NCBI GenBank assembly: GCA_958296105.1
Contig: OY282441.1
Coordinates: 405,800 to 469,799, forward strand
Reading direction: 5' to 3'
Source: an uncultured Dehalococcoidia bacterium
Lineage (GTDB): Bacteria; Chloroflexota; Dehalococcoidia; Lucifugimonadales; UBA1123
Length of the DNA: 64,000 nt
Below are positions 29,021 to 38,597 of this stretch, in pieces. Each line of letters opens with the position of its first letter. The stretch's first letter is position 1. A model generated the notes under the pieces. That model saw nothing but the letters and a program-made list of their open reading frames with translations, did not search any database and was not told where the DNA came from. The translations under genes and the position numbers were made by a program.

Positions 29021-30190
29021 ATGAATTTCGCAAGCCGCGTGCAGAAAATACCACCGTACCTGTTCGTAGAGATCAGCAGAAAGATCGCGCGCAAGCGCGA
29101 GGAGGGCATCGAGGTCATATCGTTCGGGATCGGAGACCCAGATCTGGAGACTCCCGCCCCAGTCATAGAAGTCCTGCGCGAGACCGCAGGAGACTTGCCC
29201 AATCATCGCTATCCCGAGTCGGAGGGCCTGCCGGAATTCAGGAAGGCGACGGCGGACTGGTATCAGAGGCGCTTCGGCATCTCCCTTAACCCCGACGCCG
29301 AGGTCATCTCTCTGATCGGGGCCAAGGAGGGCATTGGACACGCCGCCTTCTGCTTCATAGAACCCGGCGACATAGCCCTGGTACCCGATCCCGGATATCC
29401 TGTCTATTCCGTTGGCACCTGGTTCGCAGGCGGCGAATGCCACTGGATGCCACTCAAGGAGGAGAACGGCTGGCTGCCCGATCTGGACGCGATACCCGTG
29501 GACGTGGCCAAGCGCGCCAAGGTGATGTGGCTCAACTATCCCAACAACCCCACCGGCGCCATCGCAGACTTGGGCTACTTCAAGCGCGTCGTAGAGTTCG
29601 CCAAGTCATACGATATAGCCGTCCTTCACGACGCCTGCTACACCGACGTCACCTTCGACGGCTACAGGCATCCGTCTTTCCTGGAAGTCAGCGGCGCGAT
29701 GGACGTGGGCATGGAGTTCCACTCCCTCTCCAAGACCTACAACATGACCGGCTGGCGGCTCGGAATGGCGGTTGGGAACGCCGAGATGATCAACGCCCTT
29801 CTGGTAGTGAAGTCCAACCTCGACTCCGGCGTTCCACAGGCAATCCAGCAGATGGGCATAGAGGCCTTGAACACGTCCGACGACTGGATAGACGAGCGCA
29901 ACGCCATATACCAGAGGAGAAGGGACAAGGTGCTGGCCACGCTTGCGGATATCGGCCTCGAAGTCGATCCGCCGAAGGCGAGCCTGTACGTGTGGGCGCG
30001 AGCGCCGGAGGGGTTTACCAGCGGTGAATTCGCCGAGCAGCTGCTCGACCAGTGCGATATAGTGGTCACGCCGGGAGCGGGCTACGGCGCGCACGGAGAG
30101 GGCTACATAAGGTTCTCGCTGACCATCCAAGACGATCTGCTGGAGGAGGGCCTGAAGCGCCTTGCCACGTGGAGCGGATCGCAGAGCTGA
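29021..30190 (+). CDS. dapL: LL-diaminopimelate aminotransferase-type class I aminotransferase
   Basis: IPPYLFVEI, GIGDPD, NYPNNPTG and SLSKTYNMTGWRLG, adjacent to dapF. GGGAG lies upstream of the ATG at 29021. Confidence 0.7.
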   Translation: MNFASRVQKIPPYLFVEISRKIARKREEGIEVISFGIGDPDLETPAPVIEVLRETAGDLPNHRYPESEGLPEFRKATADWYQRRFGISLNPDAEVISLIGAKEGIGHAAFCFIEPGDIALVPDPGYPVYSVGTWFAGGECHWMPLKEENGWLPDLDAIPVDVAKRAKVMWLNYPNNPTGAIADLGYFKRVVEFAKSYDIAVLHDACYTDVTFDGYRHPSFLEVSGAMDVGMEFHSLSKTYNMTGWRLGMAVGNAEMINALLVVKSNLDSGVPQAIQQMGIEALNTSDDWIDERNAIYQRRRDKVLATLADIGLEVDPPKASLYVWARAPEGFTSGEFAEQLLDQCDIVVTPGAGYGAHGEGYIRFSLTIQDDLLEEGLKRLATWSGSQS

Positions 30191-31373
30191 CGGACGCCCA
30201 GAGGGGCAGAGGAGTATCACCATCGCAAAGAGACTGAAATCCACCAGACCCAGACGCGAGCGCGCGATTCTGGTGAGCGTCACGCCCAAACGGGGACGGC
30301 AGCTGTGGCATCCCCGCGACTCGCTCGACGAGCTGGCAGAGCTGGCGAGAACCGCCGGCGCGATGGTCGTCGAGCGCATGGCGCAGCGCGTGGACCGTCC
30401 CACGCATACATACGTAGGGAAGGGCAAGCTGGAGGAGCTGAAGCGCGCGTGCGCGGATCTGGACGTCGAGACGGTGATCTGCGACGACGAGCTGACACCC
30501 ACCCAGCAGCGCAATCTCGAAGACAGCCTGGACGGGCGCAAGGTGATAGACCGAACCGCGCTCATCTTGGACGTGTTCGCATCACGCGCTCGAACCAGAG
30601 AGGGACGCCTTCAGGTGGAGTTAGCCCAGCACGAGTACCTGCTGCCAAGGCTGGCGGGGCAGTGGACGCACCTAGAGCGTCTCGGCGGCGGCATCGGCAC
30701 CAGAGGGCCGGGCGAGACCCAGATCGAGACGGACAGACGACTCGCGCGCGGCAGAATCCAGAAGCTGAAGTCCGAGCTGGAAGGCGTGCGCCGCAGCCGC
30801 AGACTGCGCCGCTCTAGGCGCGCGTCCAGCGACATTCCCGTCGTCTCGCTCGTAGGCTACACCAACGCGGGCAAAAGCACGCTGCTGAACAGGCTGACCA
30901 GAGCGGGCGTCAGGGCAGAGAATCTCATGTTCTCGACCCTGGACCCTGTGACTCGCCGAATCCAGCTGCCATCCGGCAACCCTGCGCTCGTCACGGACAC
31001 GGTGGGATTCATCCACAAACTCCCGACAGCCCTCGTCGCCGCGTTCCGCGCGACTCTCGAAGAGATCGTCGAATCCTCGCTGATTCTGCACGTCGTCGAC
31101 GCGACTCACAGGAACGCGCTCGAACAGATCATCGTGGTCGATTCGATTCTCGACGAAATTGGGCTGGACGACATCCCGACGATCATGGCTCTGAACAAGT
31201 CCGACCTGCTGGACTCCGAGACCAGTCTTCCTGATCCGTCCAGCAGGTTCGCCGCCGGTGTCCGGGAGGGAGTGCTGGTCTCCGCGCTGACAGGGGACGG
31301 AATCGAAGACCTGCTCCAAGACATAGACGCACAGCTGCATCCCACACCGACCAGAGCGGCAGCGGCGATTTAG
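30162..31373 (+). CDS. hflX: GTPase HflX
   Basis: HflX N-domain (DELAELARTAG, ALILDVFA) and G domain (GYTNAGKST, DTVGF, NKSD). Confidence 0.9.
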   Translation: MPRGADRRADGRPEGQRSITIAKRLKSTRPRRERAILVSVTPKRGRQLWHPRDSLDELAELARTAGAMVVERMAQRVDRPTHTYVGKGKLEELKRACADLDVETVICDDELTPTQQRNLEDSLDGRKVIDRTALILDVFASRARTREGRLQVELAQHEYLLPRLAGQWTHLERLGGGIGTRGPGETQIETDRRLARGRIQKLKSELEGVRRSRRLRRSRRASSDIPVVSLVGYTNAGKSTLLNRLTRAGVRAENLMFSTLDPVTRRIQLPSGNPALVTDTVGFIHKLPTALVAAFRATLEEIVESSLILHVVDATHRNALEQIIVVDSILDEIGLDDIPTIMALNKSDLLDSETSLPDPSSRFAAGVREGVLVSALTGDGIEDLLQDIDAQLHPTPTRAAAAI

Positions 31374-31717
31374 AGTCAGCCGCACACGGGCCGAGCCACA
31401 CCCATACCATCGTCGGCACCACGGCGATGGTTGGGCAGATTCGGGTTGCGGCCGGCACGCCCGCAGTCGTTCGCTCTGAGCCGTCCGCCAAGCTCACCCA
31501 AGCCTTGCCGAAGGATGTTAGATTCCTCTCCGCCGCGTCGAGGATGGCTAACCCCGGACCGCGAAAGGGGAGTAAAGAGGCGTCTCTTCGCATCTCGTAG
31601 TTGGTTCGCACTATAAATGTTATGTAAATTACAGGGTGGAGGAAAAGGGCTGCGCCGCCGCTGCTTTACATAATAGAAGTCACACAGCGCGCCTCCGTCT
31701 GGTCGTCCTGATTCTGC

Positions 31718-32219
31718 CCGGACGCGATCAGCGCGGTCATCAGGCTGGAAAAGAGACTGGCGCTCCGAGAGTGACCGACCGCCGTGATGCTTCCCGAGAG
31801 ATCTCTTACTGCCGAAGCTCCATCGTCTTCTTGGCCATAGAGTACGACGGTTCGCCGTCCCAGCTGGACGACCGTGGCTCCGAGCGCTGCCCACGCTCTG
31901 GCTGTCTCGTCAGTAATTCGAGAGCGTTCCACCAAGCCAGACGAACACGCATCCGCGAGCCGTCCGAAGCGCGAGCGACTCCGAAACGAGCGCAGCGCCG
32001 GCCAGATCCGCAGAGACCGCCGGAACCCCCAGCCCGCGCACGAGGTCGAGCGACTGCGCGCCTGCGCGGTCGTCGCCGTCCGCCACCACCAGAACCCCGC
32101 GGCGTTCGTCTTCGGCAGCGCACCCACCCGCTGCCCCTGTATCTCGCTTCGTGGAATCCGGGGCGCGGACTCGGACGCGCTCTCAGGAGCTTCAGCCTCC
32201 CGCGTCCCCTCCACAACCA
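31718..32219 (-). pseudogene. orphan partial copy A of the 3' ~0.5 kb of the downstream-facing wHTH/TIR-like gene
   Basis: Aligns to 32382-32928 of the intact gene. Relative to it, copy A has a 7-nt deletion after ...SASESAPR, a 1-nt insertion plus 24-nt deletion at ...TLSNY, and a different C-terminal end. Confidence 0.85.
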
Positions 32220-32230
32220 ACGCCGCGTAG

Positions 32231-32334
32231 TCAGCCCACGCTCACCTTGATGATGCCGGACGCGATCAGCGCGGTCATCAGGCTGGAAAAGAGACTGGCG
32301 CTCCGAGAGTGACCGACCGCCGTGATGCTTCCCG
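32231..32334 (-). repeat. orphan copy B: last ~104 nt (including stop) of the same gene
   Basis: Near-identical to 32363-32466. Encodes ...GSITAVGHSRSASLFSSLMTALIASGIIKVSVG*. Confidence 0.85.
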
Positions 32335-32362
32335 CTTATGAGATCCACCGAGCGCCACGTCG

Positions 32363-33421
32363 TCAGCCCACGCTCACCTTGATGATGCCGGACGCGATCA
32401 GCGCGGTCATCAGGCTGGAAAAGAGATTGGCGCTCCGAGAGTGGCCGACCGCCATGATGCTTCCCGAGAGATCCTTTACTGCCGAAGCCCCATCGTCTTC
32501 TTGTCCATAGAGTACGACGGTTCGCTGTCCCAGCTGGACGACCGTGGCTCCGAGCGCTGCCCACGCTCTGGCTGTCTCGGGTCCGAAGCCCTCGCCAGTC
32601 TCGTCGTAATTCGAGAGCGTTCCACCAGGCCAGACGAACACGCAGCCGCGAGCCGTCCGAAGCGCGAGTGCGAACGACTCCGAAACGAGCGCAGCGCCAG
32701 CCAGATCCAGATCCGCAGAGACCGCCGGCACCCCCAGCCCGCGCACGAGGTCGAGCGCTTCCATGCCTGCGCGGTCGTCGCCGTCCGCCACCACCAGAAC
32801 CCCGCCGCGTTCGTCTTCGGCAGCGCGCCCATCCGCGTCCCCTGTATCTCGCTTCGTGGAATCCGGGGCGCGGGGCGCGGACTCGGACGCGCTCTCAGGA
32901 GCTTCAGCTTCCCGCGTCCCCTCCACAACCAGCGCCCCCGACCTATCCGCGATTATCTCAGCGAACAGCCCGTTGCGCCTGATTATTCTCAAGCACTCCT
33001 CGGCCAGCTCTGCATGAACCCCGAGCTGGCGTGTGAGCGTGTTGGCGGCGTACACGTCCTCCGGCATCCGCTTGCCCTCGTATGCCTCGTAGAAACTTCT
33101 GAAGACATCGGGCGCAAGCGCGGCTTGGCGAATCGCATCGGATCGCTCCTCGAAACTGGTGGGCGCAGTCAGCATTTCGCCGAGATCGGTCAGCTCTATC
33201 AGCACGTCGCTGTGCGACCCGATGGTCAGGCCGTACTTCGAGGATGAGTTGAGCTTCTGAATGAACGCGCTGCTCTTGACGGACGTTCCGAGAGACTCCG
33301 CCAGCAGACCGGTCTCCACGGGCCTGCCGCCGTTCACCTCTTGGATAGTCTCGGATATGGGGAGAACATCCTGAAGCGAGTGAGTCGGATACGGACGGTT
33401 GAGCCTCGTTCGCCTTGCCAT
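32363..33421 (-). CDS. uncharacterised protein: N-terminal wHTH-like modules, acidic linker, C-terminal Rossmann/TIR-like (CAP12-like) domain
   Basis: ATG at 33421 has GGAGAG 7 nt upstream. The C-terminal pattern VLVVADGDD...CVFVWPGG...ARAWAALGATVVQLGQRTVVLYGQ resembles the bacterial TIR-like nucleotide-binding fold. This is from memory and is a weak call. Confidence 0.55.
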   Translation of the reverse strand: MARRTRLNRPYPTHSLQDVLPISETIQEVNGGRPVETGLLAESLGTSVKSSAFIQKLNSSSKYGLTIGSHSDVLIELTDLGEMLTAPTSFEERSDAIRQAALAPDVFRSFYEAYEGKRMPEDVYAANTLTRQLGVHAELAEECLRIIRRNGLFAEIIADRSGALVVEGTREAEAPESASESAPRAPDSTKRDTGDADGRAAEDERGGVLVVADGDDRAGMEALDLVRGLGVPAVSADLDLAGAALVSESFALALRTARGCVFVWPGGTLSNYDETGEGFGPETARAWAALGATVVQLGQRTVVLYGQEDDGASAVKDLSGSIMAVGHSRSANLFSSLMTALIASGIIKVSVG

Positions 33422-33900
33422 GAAACAACTCTCCACTTGGGTTTCTGGATATTCTAGTTTCTGTTTTCTGAAAACATATACGGTATTCACAAGTATAACA
33501 TACGCCTGAAAAGCCGATTTCACGGTATGTTTCACTAATTTCAGAAATACATGCAGACTTCGGCGAAAGCTCGTCGGCCGCCATGCGCGCCGGTCTGGGA
33601 TGCTCAGCGGCGGCGGATGTTCGGCAGAAGAATCAGGACAGGTCGGACAGGATTTAGGATTTCATCAGGGCGCTTTTGTCCTGTCGACACGCCCCGACTT
33701 TGCGGAAAGACGAGGCGGCGGCTGGGCGAACGAACCGCATTCGAGCGCCCCCGAAGGCTCTGCCCTCATACGAAATCTCTCATGCAGCCTGCGCAGCGAG
33801 CGATAACATGGTCGAGGAACGCCTGCGAAGTCGAAACGGAGCCGAGAGTTCGGAGAATTGGGATGTACGATTTATGTCAACTAGGTGTTAGAATGGCATC

Positions 33901-35256
33901 ATGTATATTCAGAGATACGCACCTCCACACACTCGCCCCAAGTCCCGGACTGCCATGGCTGCGTTCGGATTGCCGGTCCTTGTAGCCCTCGTTCTGCTGC
34001 TCGTCTCCTGTACGAGCGGCGCCGGGGACGTGGCGACGCCGGCGGAACCATCGCCTCAGACTCAGTCCGAGAAGCCCGCTCAGGCTGGCGAGCCGTCTTC
34101 GGATTCGTCGCAGCCCGCAGACCCGTTCCTTCTCCCCACCGCCCTGCCCGCCGTTCCGATGAACGTGCCCGATCCGGTCCCCGAAGACTTGGCTACGCTC
34201 TGGGAGGTGTGGTCACTGGTATCCGAACAGCACGTTGACCGCCAGCAGTTCGACCCGGCTGAGTTCGACGAAGCGGCGATCAGGGGCTTGCTCCGCGCCA
34301 TCGGCGACCCACACACCCACTACGTCCCGGCCGAAGCCTTCCAGATAGAGAACCAAGACATCTACGGCTCGTTCGAGGGCATCGGCGCGAACGTGCAGAT
34401 GAGGCCGGACGGAAAGCTGTTCATCGTGGCGCCGATCAAAGACGGCCCCGCTGAGAAGGCCGGACTGCGTCCCGGAGACCTCATCCTAGAAGTCGATGGC
34501 GAGTCCATAGAGGGACTGAGCCTTCTGGAAGCGGTGAACAAGATACGAGGACCGAGGGGGTCTGAAGTGGTGCTGCTCGTGCTGCACTTGGGCGCAGGCG
34601 AGGAGGTGGAGCTGTCCGTGGTCCGCGACACCATTCCCCTGCCGAGCGTTCTCGTCCGCAGCCGTGCAGAAGACCGCTTCGCGCACATCCGCCTCACCAC
34701 CTTCTACGCGAACACGCCGGAGAAGCTGGCGGAGGCCATACGCCAAGAGCAGGCGCGGGGCGCGGAGGGCCTGATCCTAGATGTCAGGGACAACCCGGGC
34801 GGTCTGCTCGACAGCGTGGTGGAGGTGGTCAGCATGTTCATAGACGATGGCTTGGTACTCTATCAGGTGGACGGCGCGGGACGGCGCTCAGACCTCAACG
34901 CGCGCGGCTCGGGGACGTTCTCGGATATCCCGCTCGTATTGCTGGCAAACGAGGGCAGCGCGAGCGCGTCCGAGATACTCACGGGCGCGCTCCAGGACCA
35001 CCAGCGCGCGCCTGTCGTCGGCGCCAAGACCTTTGGCAAGGGCAGCGTCAACATCCTGCGCCGCCTCAGCAACGGCGGCGGCATCTATCTGACGTTCGCC
35101 AAGTGGTACACGCCCAGCGGACGCCTGATCGAGGGCAACGGCCTCGAGCCTGACCACGAGGTCACGTCCCGAGACAGGCAGAAGGCGGAGACGTCCCAGT
35201 TCGAGAAGGCGGTCGAGGTCATGGAGAGCCTGATCCGCGCGCCCGGGGGAGCATGA
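33901..35256 (+). CDS. S41 family C-terminal processing peptidase with PDZ domain
   Basis: PDZ segment (PAEKAGLRPGDLILEVDG) and the S41 catalytic motif (NEGSASASEILTGALQD...GAKTFGKGS). Signal/TM sequence at the N-terminus. Confidence 0.9.
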   Translation: MYIQRYAPPHTRPKSRTAMAAFGLPVLVALVLLLVSCTSGAGDVATPAEPSPQTQSEKPAQAGEPSSDSSQPADPFLLPTALPAVPMNVPDPVPEDLATLWEVWSLVSEQHVDRQQFDPAEFDEAAIRGLLRAIGDPHTHYVPAEAFQIENQDIYGSFEGIGANVQMRPDGKLFIVAPIKDGPAEKAGLRPGDLILEVDGESIEGLSLLEAVNKIRGPRGSEVVLLVLHLGAGEEVELSVVRDTIPLPSVLVRSRAEDRFAHIRLTTFYANTPEKLAEAIRQEQARGAEGLILDVRDNPGGLLDSVVEVVSMFIDDGLVLYQVDGAGRRSDLNARGSGTFSDIPLVLLANEGSASASEILTGALQDHQRAPVVGAKTFGKGSVNILRRLSNGGGIYLTFAKWYTPSGRLIEGNGLEPDHEVTSRDRQKAETSQFEKAVEVMESLIRAPGGA

Positions 35257-35259
35257 GAA

Positions 35260-35730
35260 TTGAACGGCGGCGGATCATCAGCGACCATCACCACCAACCG
35301 CAGGGCGCGGTACGACTACGAAATCCTGGACACCGTCGAGGCGGGCTTGGTTCTTACGGGAACCGAGATAAAGTCGATCCGAGGCCGCAGGGTGAACCTC
35401 AGCGACTCATACGCGCGGCCGCGAGACGGTGAGATGTGGCTTCACAATCTTCACATCGACGAGTACTCCCCTGCCCACCGCAACAACCACGACCCGAAAC
35501 GCCCTCGCAAGCTGCTGCTTCACCGCGCCCAGATCCTTGACCTGACGCGCCAGATAGACCAGCGCGGCCTGACGATCGTTCCACTCCGGCTGTACATCAG
35601 GAAGCACGTCGCCAAGATCGAACTGGCGGTCGCGCGCGGCAAGAAGCGCTACGACAAGCGGCGCGCGCTCATCGAGCGCGAGCGCGAGCGCGAAGCCAGG
35701 GCCGCAATCGGCTCCGCCAGCCGACGCTAG
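35260..35730 (+). CDS. smpB: SsrA-binding protein
   Basis: NRRARYDYEILDTVEAGLVLTGTEIKSIR and LLLHRAQI. Confidence 0.95.
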   Translation: MNGGGSSATITTNRRARYDYEILDTVEAGLVLTGTEIKSIRGRRVNLSDSYARPRDGEMWLHNLHIDEYSPAHRNNHDPKRPRKLLLHRAQILDLTRQIDQRGLTIVPLRLYIRKHVAKIELAVARGKKRYDKRRALIEREREREARAAIGSASRR

Positions 35731-36003
35731 ACAAGCCAAGCCGCCTCCGTCGCCCCCGCCTTCGCATGAAGGACGCGAACGGCGACCGGTGGCGGTGAGG
35801 ATGAGCCGCCGAGCATGGATGTCTGCCGGCTCTTGTCGAGACACACACTCCTACCCTCCCCCCAACGTCCGCCGTCGTCCCTTGTATGGCGCGCCAAAGC
35901 GAAGAATATGAAGAGACGGGATTGAGCGGGGATCTACTCTACCTCCTGACTGTCCGCCCTTCTGCCGAACTTCGCCCCGTGTCTGGGCGCGCCAAAATGA
36001 AAG

Positions 36004-36035
36004 TGGCCGGCGGGAGATTCGATCCCCGCCGGCCA
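36004..36035. terminator. GC-rich hairpin, probable bidirectional intrinsic terminator
   Basis: 11-bp perfect stem TGGCCGGCGGG/CCCGCCGGCCA with a 10-nt loop. It is flanked by an A-run (aaaatgaaa) and TTTACTT, and lies between convergent genes. Confidence 0.6.
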
Positions 36036-36068
36036 TTTACTTCCGGGCATGTCTCTGTGGTGTGGAGC

Positions 36069-36308
36069 CTATGCCTGCGTCACCCGCTTGATCTCGATGG
36101 TCTCGCCCGGCGCGAGCGCCACACGCTTCACGTTGATTCCGAGCTTGAGCAGCCAGTATCCCAGCGTGGCCTTGCTCACCCCGAGCTCTTCGGCGGTGGA
36201 GGACTGCCCCCGGTCGGTCACCATCTCCGGCAGGATCTTCTCCAGCGGCTGGTGGAACCTCTCTTCGACAGCGATCATCTTCTTGGTCTTCCGCGTCATG
36301 TGTCTCAT
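36069..36308 (-). CDS. small helix-turn-helix DNA-binding protein
   Basis: STAEELGVSKATLGYWLLKLGI is an HTH. The start is taken at MRHMTRKTKK; the ORF track opens at 36368. Confidence 0.6.
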   Translation of the reverse strand: MRHMTRKTKKMIAVEERFHQPLEKILPEMVTDRGQSSTAEELGVSKATLGYWLLKLGINVKRVALAPGETIEIKRVTQA

Positions 36309-36715
36309 GCCTCCGTCTGTCTTACCTGTCTGTCTTTCGCGTTGCAACCATCCTAGTATTGCACTCATAATCCTGTCAACGTCTTTTCAAGACTTTTTCC
36401 AATAGTTCCTAGATGCTAGAAATAGTCTGAAAACTACCTGACAAGCGTAGATACTGACTGTTTCATCATTTTGCACGCTTATTTAGCGTGTAAAAATAAA
36501 ACAGGTGCGCAATCAGGCAACTTGGACGAGTCATCCCCCGCCGCCGCGACTGATACAGCACACAGCAGAGAGCCTGCGGAAAATGGCCCCGACGTTGCGC
36601 GCTGAGGCAGACGCACGGAAAATCCACGCTCTTCTTGGAAGTGAAACAGACGAAAGCCTTGCCCCAGCAGACGAGCTTGCATGAATCAGGATTTTCCGGA
36701 TTGGAGTGATGGACA

Positions 36716-36984
36716 AAGGGACGGGCGGCGAGTTGCGGAGCGGCGGTGAGACCAACAGAGCAAACAGCAGGAGCCGGCGGGCGCCGGCGCTCGACATCGG
36801 CGAGACGAGGCGCGCTGACATCCCCGAGCCAGAGACGCCGTCCCGCGCGCGCCAAGGGACGGGCGGCGAGTTGCGGAGCGGCGGTGAGACCAACAGAGCA
36901 AACAGCAGGAGCCGGCGCTCGACCTCGGCGAGACGACGAGGCGCGCTGACATCTCCGAGCCAGAGACGCCGTCCCGCGCGCGCC
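36716..36984. repeat. tandem direct repeat, 138 + 131 bp, each unit closed by an inverted terminal stem
   Basis: Units 36716-36853 and 36854-36984 are near-identical except for a 10-nt GGCGCCGGCG indel. Each begins GGGACGGGCG and ends CGCCGTCCC. Confidence 0.85.
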
Positions 36985-37127
36985 GCACGCTCAGCCTTCG
37001 ACGAGGTGAAGGACAGCGGCGGCGGGAAGCGCCAACGCAACCTGTTCCTCGTTTCCAATCATCACAGGCTCACACTCTCTCAGAGAAAAACAGCATTCGT
37101 CCACCGATGCGCCGTCGAGATAGATGG

Positions 37128-37244
37128 GCTGTGTACTGACGATGAAACTTCCCCTGTCCTTCATTCAGAGGCTAAATACTTACGGGATTGGAGAAGCTGC
37201 TGTGTACTGACTGACGCTGAAACTCCCCCTGCCCTTCATCTAGG
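37128..37244. repeat. two ~45-nt direct repeats (period 71 nt) immediately upstream of the 37293 gene
   Basis: GCTGTGTACTGAC..GAAACT.CCCCTG.CCTTCAT at 37128-37171 and 37199-37244. Each contains a short TGAA/TTCA hairpin. Confidence 0.75.
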
Positions 37245-37292
37245 TCTGCGCCATGTGCTATTGTCTGCTTGACTCTCTCCGGGGTGAAGCCA

Positions 37293-37784
37293 ATGGAAAT
37301 GATCGACAGAGTACGCCGGAACCACGCGATCGAACACGCCACAGTCGCCGCGCTGATCGAGAAGGGAGTCCGTCCACCGATGGGCGGATACTCCGTTGCG
37401 AAGGGTTTCATCATCTGGTCACGCGCCTCGGAAGACGCTGTGGCGGCGGCAAGCCAAGAGGCGCTGCGGCTGCTGAAGTCGGGCCACTCGGAGCTTGCCA
37501 TTTCACCCTACTGCGGCACCAACCTTGTCACTAGCGTACTCGTTGGCGGACTGGCCGCCGCGCTCGCGTCCGGGGGAAGGCGCGGAATCTGGCCCAGCCT
37601 GCGCGGTTCGATGGCCGCGCTGATCGCCATGTCCACACTTGGCAGGCCGGTAGGAAGGCTCGTGCAGCGCCGCTTCACCACCCTATCCGAGGTGAATCGA
37701 GTCGAGGTCGCCACGGTGCGAACCATTCTGAAACGCCCGGTCACGGTGGTATGGGTAGGTACGAATCAGGATGATGGCTTCTAG
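37293..37784 (+). CDS. conserved hypothetical protein (RRNHAIEHAT motif, hydrophobic central segment)
   Basis: Clean ORF with GGGGTGA upstream of the ATG. No family assigned with confidence. Confidence 0.6.
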   Translation: MEMIDRVRRNHAIEHATVAALIEKGVRPPMGGYSVAKGFIIWSRASEDAVAAASQEALRLLKSGHSELAISPYCGTNLVTSVLVGGLAAALASGGRRGIWPSLRGSMAALIAMSTLGRPVGRLVQRRFTTLSEVNRVEVATVRTILKRPVTVVWVGTNQDDGF

Positions 37785-38597
37785 CCCATCCCATAAATGC
37801 CTGAGCAAGATGACGATGCGCACGATATGAACGAAGTCGAGGCAGCTGCCGGCATGGTACTCATACCTGATCGCCAAGCCTGCGGAAGCTGCCCAACCAG
37901 AGGCGAACAGCCTCTCGACCCAGCGTATCCTGTAACGTCGCAACGGTCGTCCGTCCTGAGTCGTGGGCATCTTGCGATTGCGTCTGTGAGGCGCGATCAT
38001 GTCGATCCCTCTGTTATCGAGCGCAGCATCCTAGGGGGCGGCGGAGTCGTAAGCGCGATCACCGATGAGTTCGGGGCAGCTCGTCTACCAGCCTGCATTC
38101 CCAACGTGGCCTCTACGAATCTGACCTCATAAGGCGGTGTGTACGGGGAGACGGGGAGACGGGAAGACCAGAGCGGTCTGCCACTGCCATGAGCTTCGTA
38201 CCCTGCCCCGCTTGGTCTTTCCAGCCTGTTTTGGCGCTGCGAAAGTGCCGTCTATGAAACATTAGCTCAGATCGAGCCTGCCCCTGTCATGCAGGTATTC
38301 CGTCAGAGCGCAGAGGACTTGCTCCAAGGCGCCATCGTTCACCCATCCGGAAGCGACGGTGGCAGGTCTGGTATGAGGGGTATCGGTCGGGTAGATCACA
38401 CCAAGGCGCGCCTGTTCTGGGTATCCATAGAATACCTCCAGCGCCTCTCGACTCGAACGTCAAGCTCTGCCACCGTCCATCGCTTCGTCTGGGGCAGCTC
38501 GGCAAGAGGAGGACACCGCCAGCCACTGCTCATCTGTAGGGTCCACTGATCATCCTCCCAACGAGCAGATCACCACCACAGCCTATTTATGAAATGG
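37785..38597 (-). mobile_element. decayed IS5-family (IS427/IS1031-like) insertion sequence, ~0.8 kb, transposase pseudogenised
   Basis: Minus-strand fragments lie in three frames with stops. They read [59 protein letters not shown] and IAPHRRNRK...RYRIRWVERLFA...LAIRYEYHAGSCLDFVHIV. Imperfect terminal inverted repeats are CATTTATGGGATGGG and TATTTATGAAATGGC. A 10-nt direct repeat TGGCTTCTAG sits at 37775-37784 and 38595-38604. Confidence 0.8.

Noticed and set aside
35731-36040. Possible tmRNA (ssrA) next to smpB, suggested by the TTCGAT-containing hairpin at 36004-36035
   Set aside because: The hairpin loop is 10 nt and its two arms pair with each other, not with a distant 5' acceptor strand. 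There is no GGGG 5' end, no ...CCACCA 3' end and no alanine-rich tag ORF. It is better explained as a terminator.
36716-36984. CRISPR-like array
   Set aside because: There are only two units of ~135 bp directly abutting, with no unique spacers and no cas genes. This is not CRISPR architecture.
36706-37272. 188-aa plus-strand ORF and the 175-aa minus-strand ORF across the repeats
   Set aside because: The sequences are low-complexity Arg/Ser/Gly strings generated by translating the tandem repeats. There is no RBS or motif.
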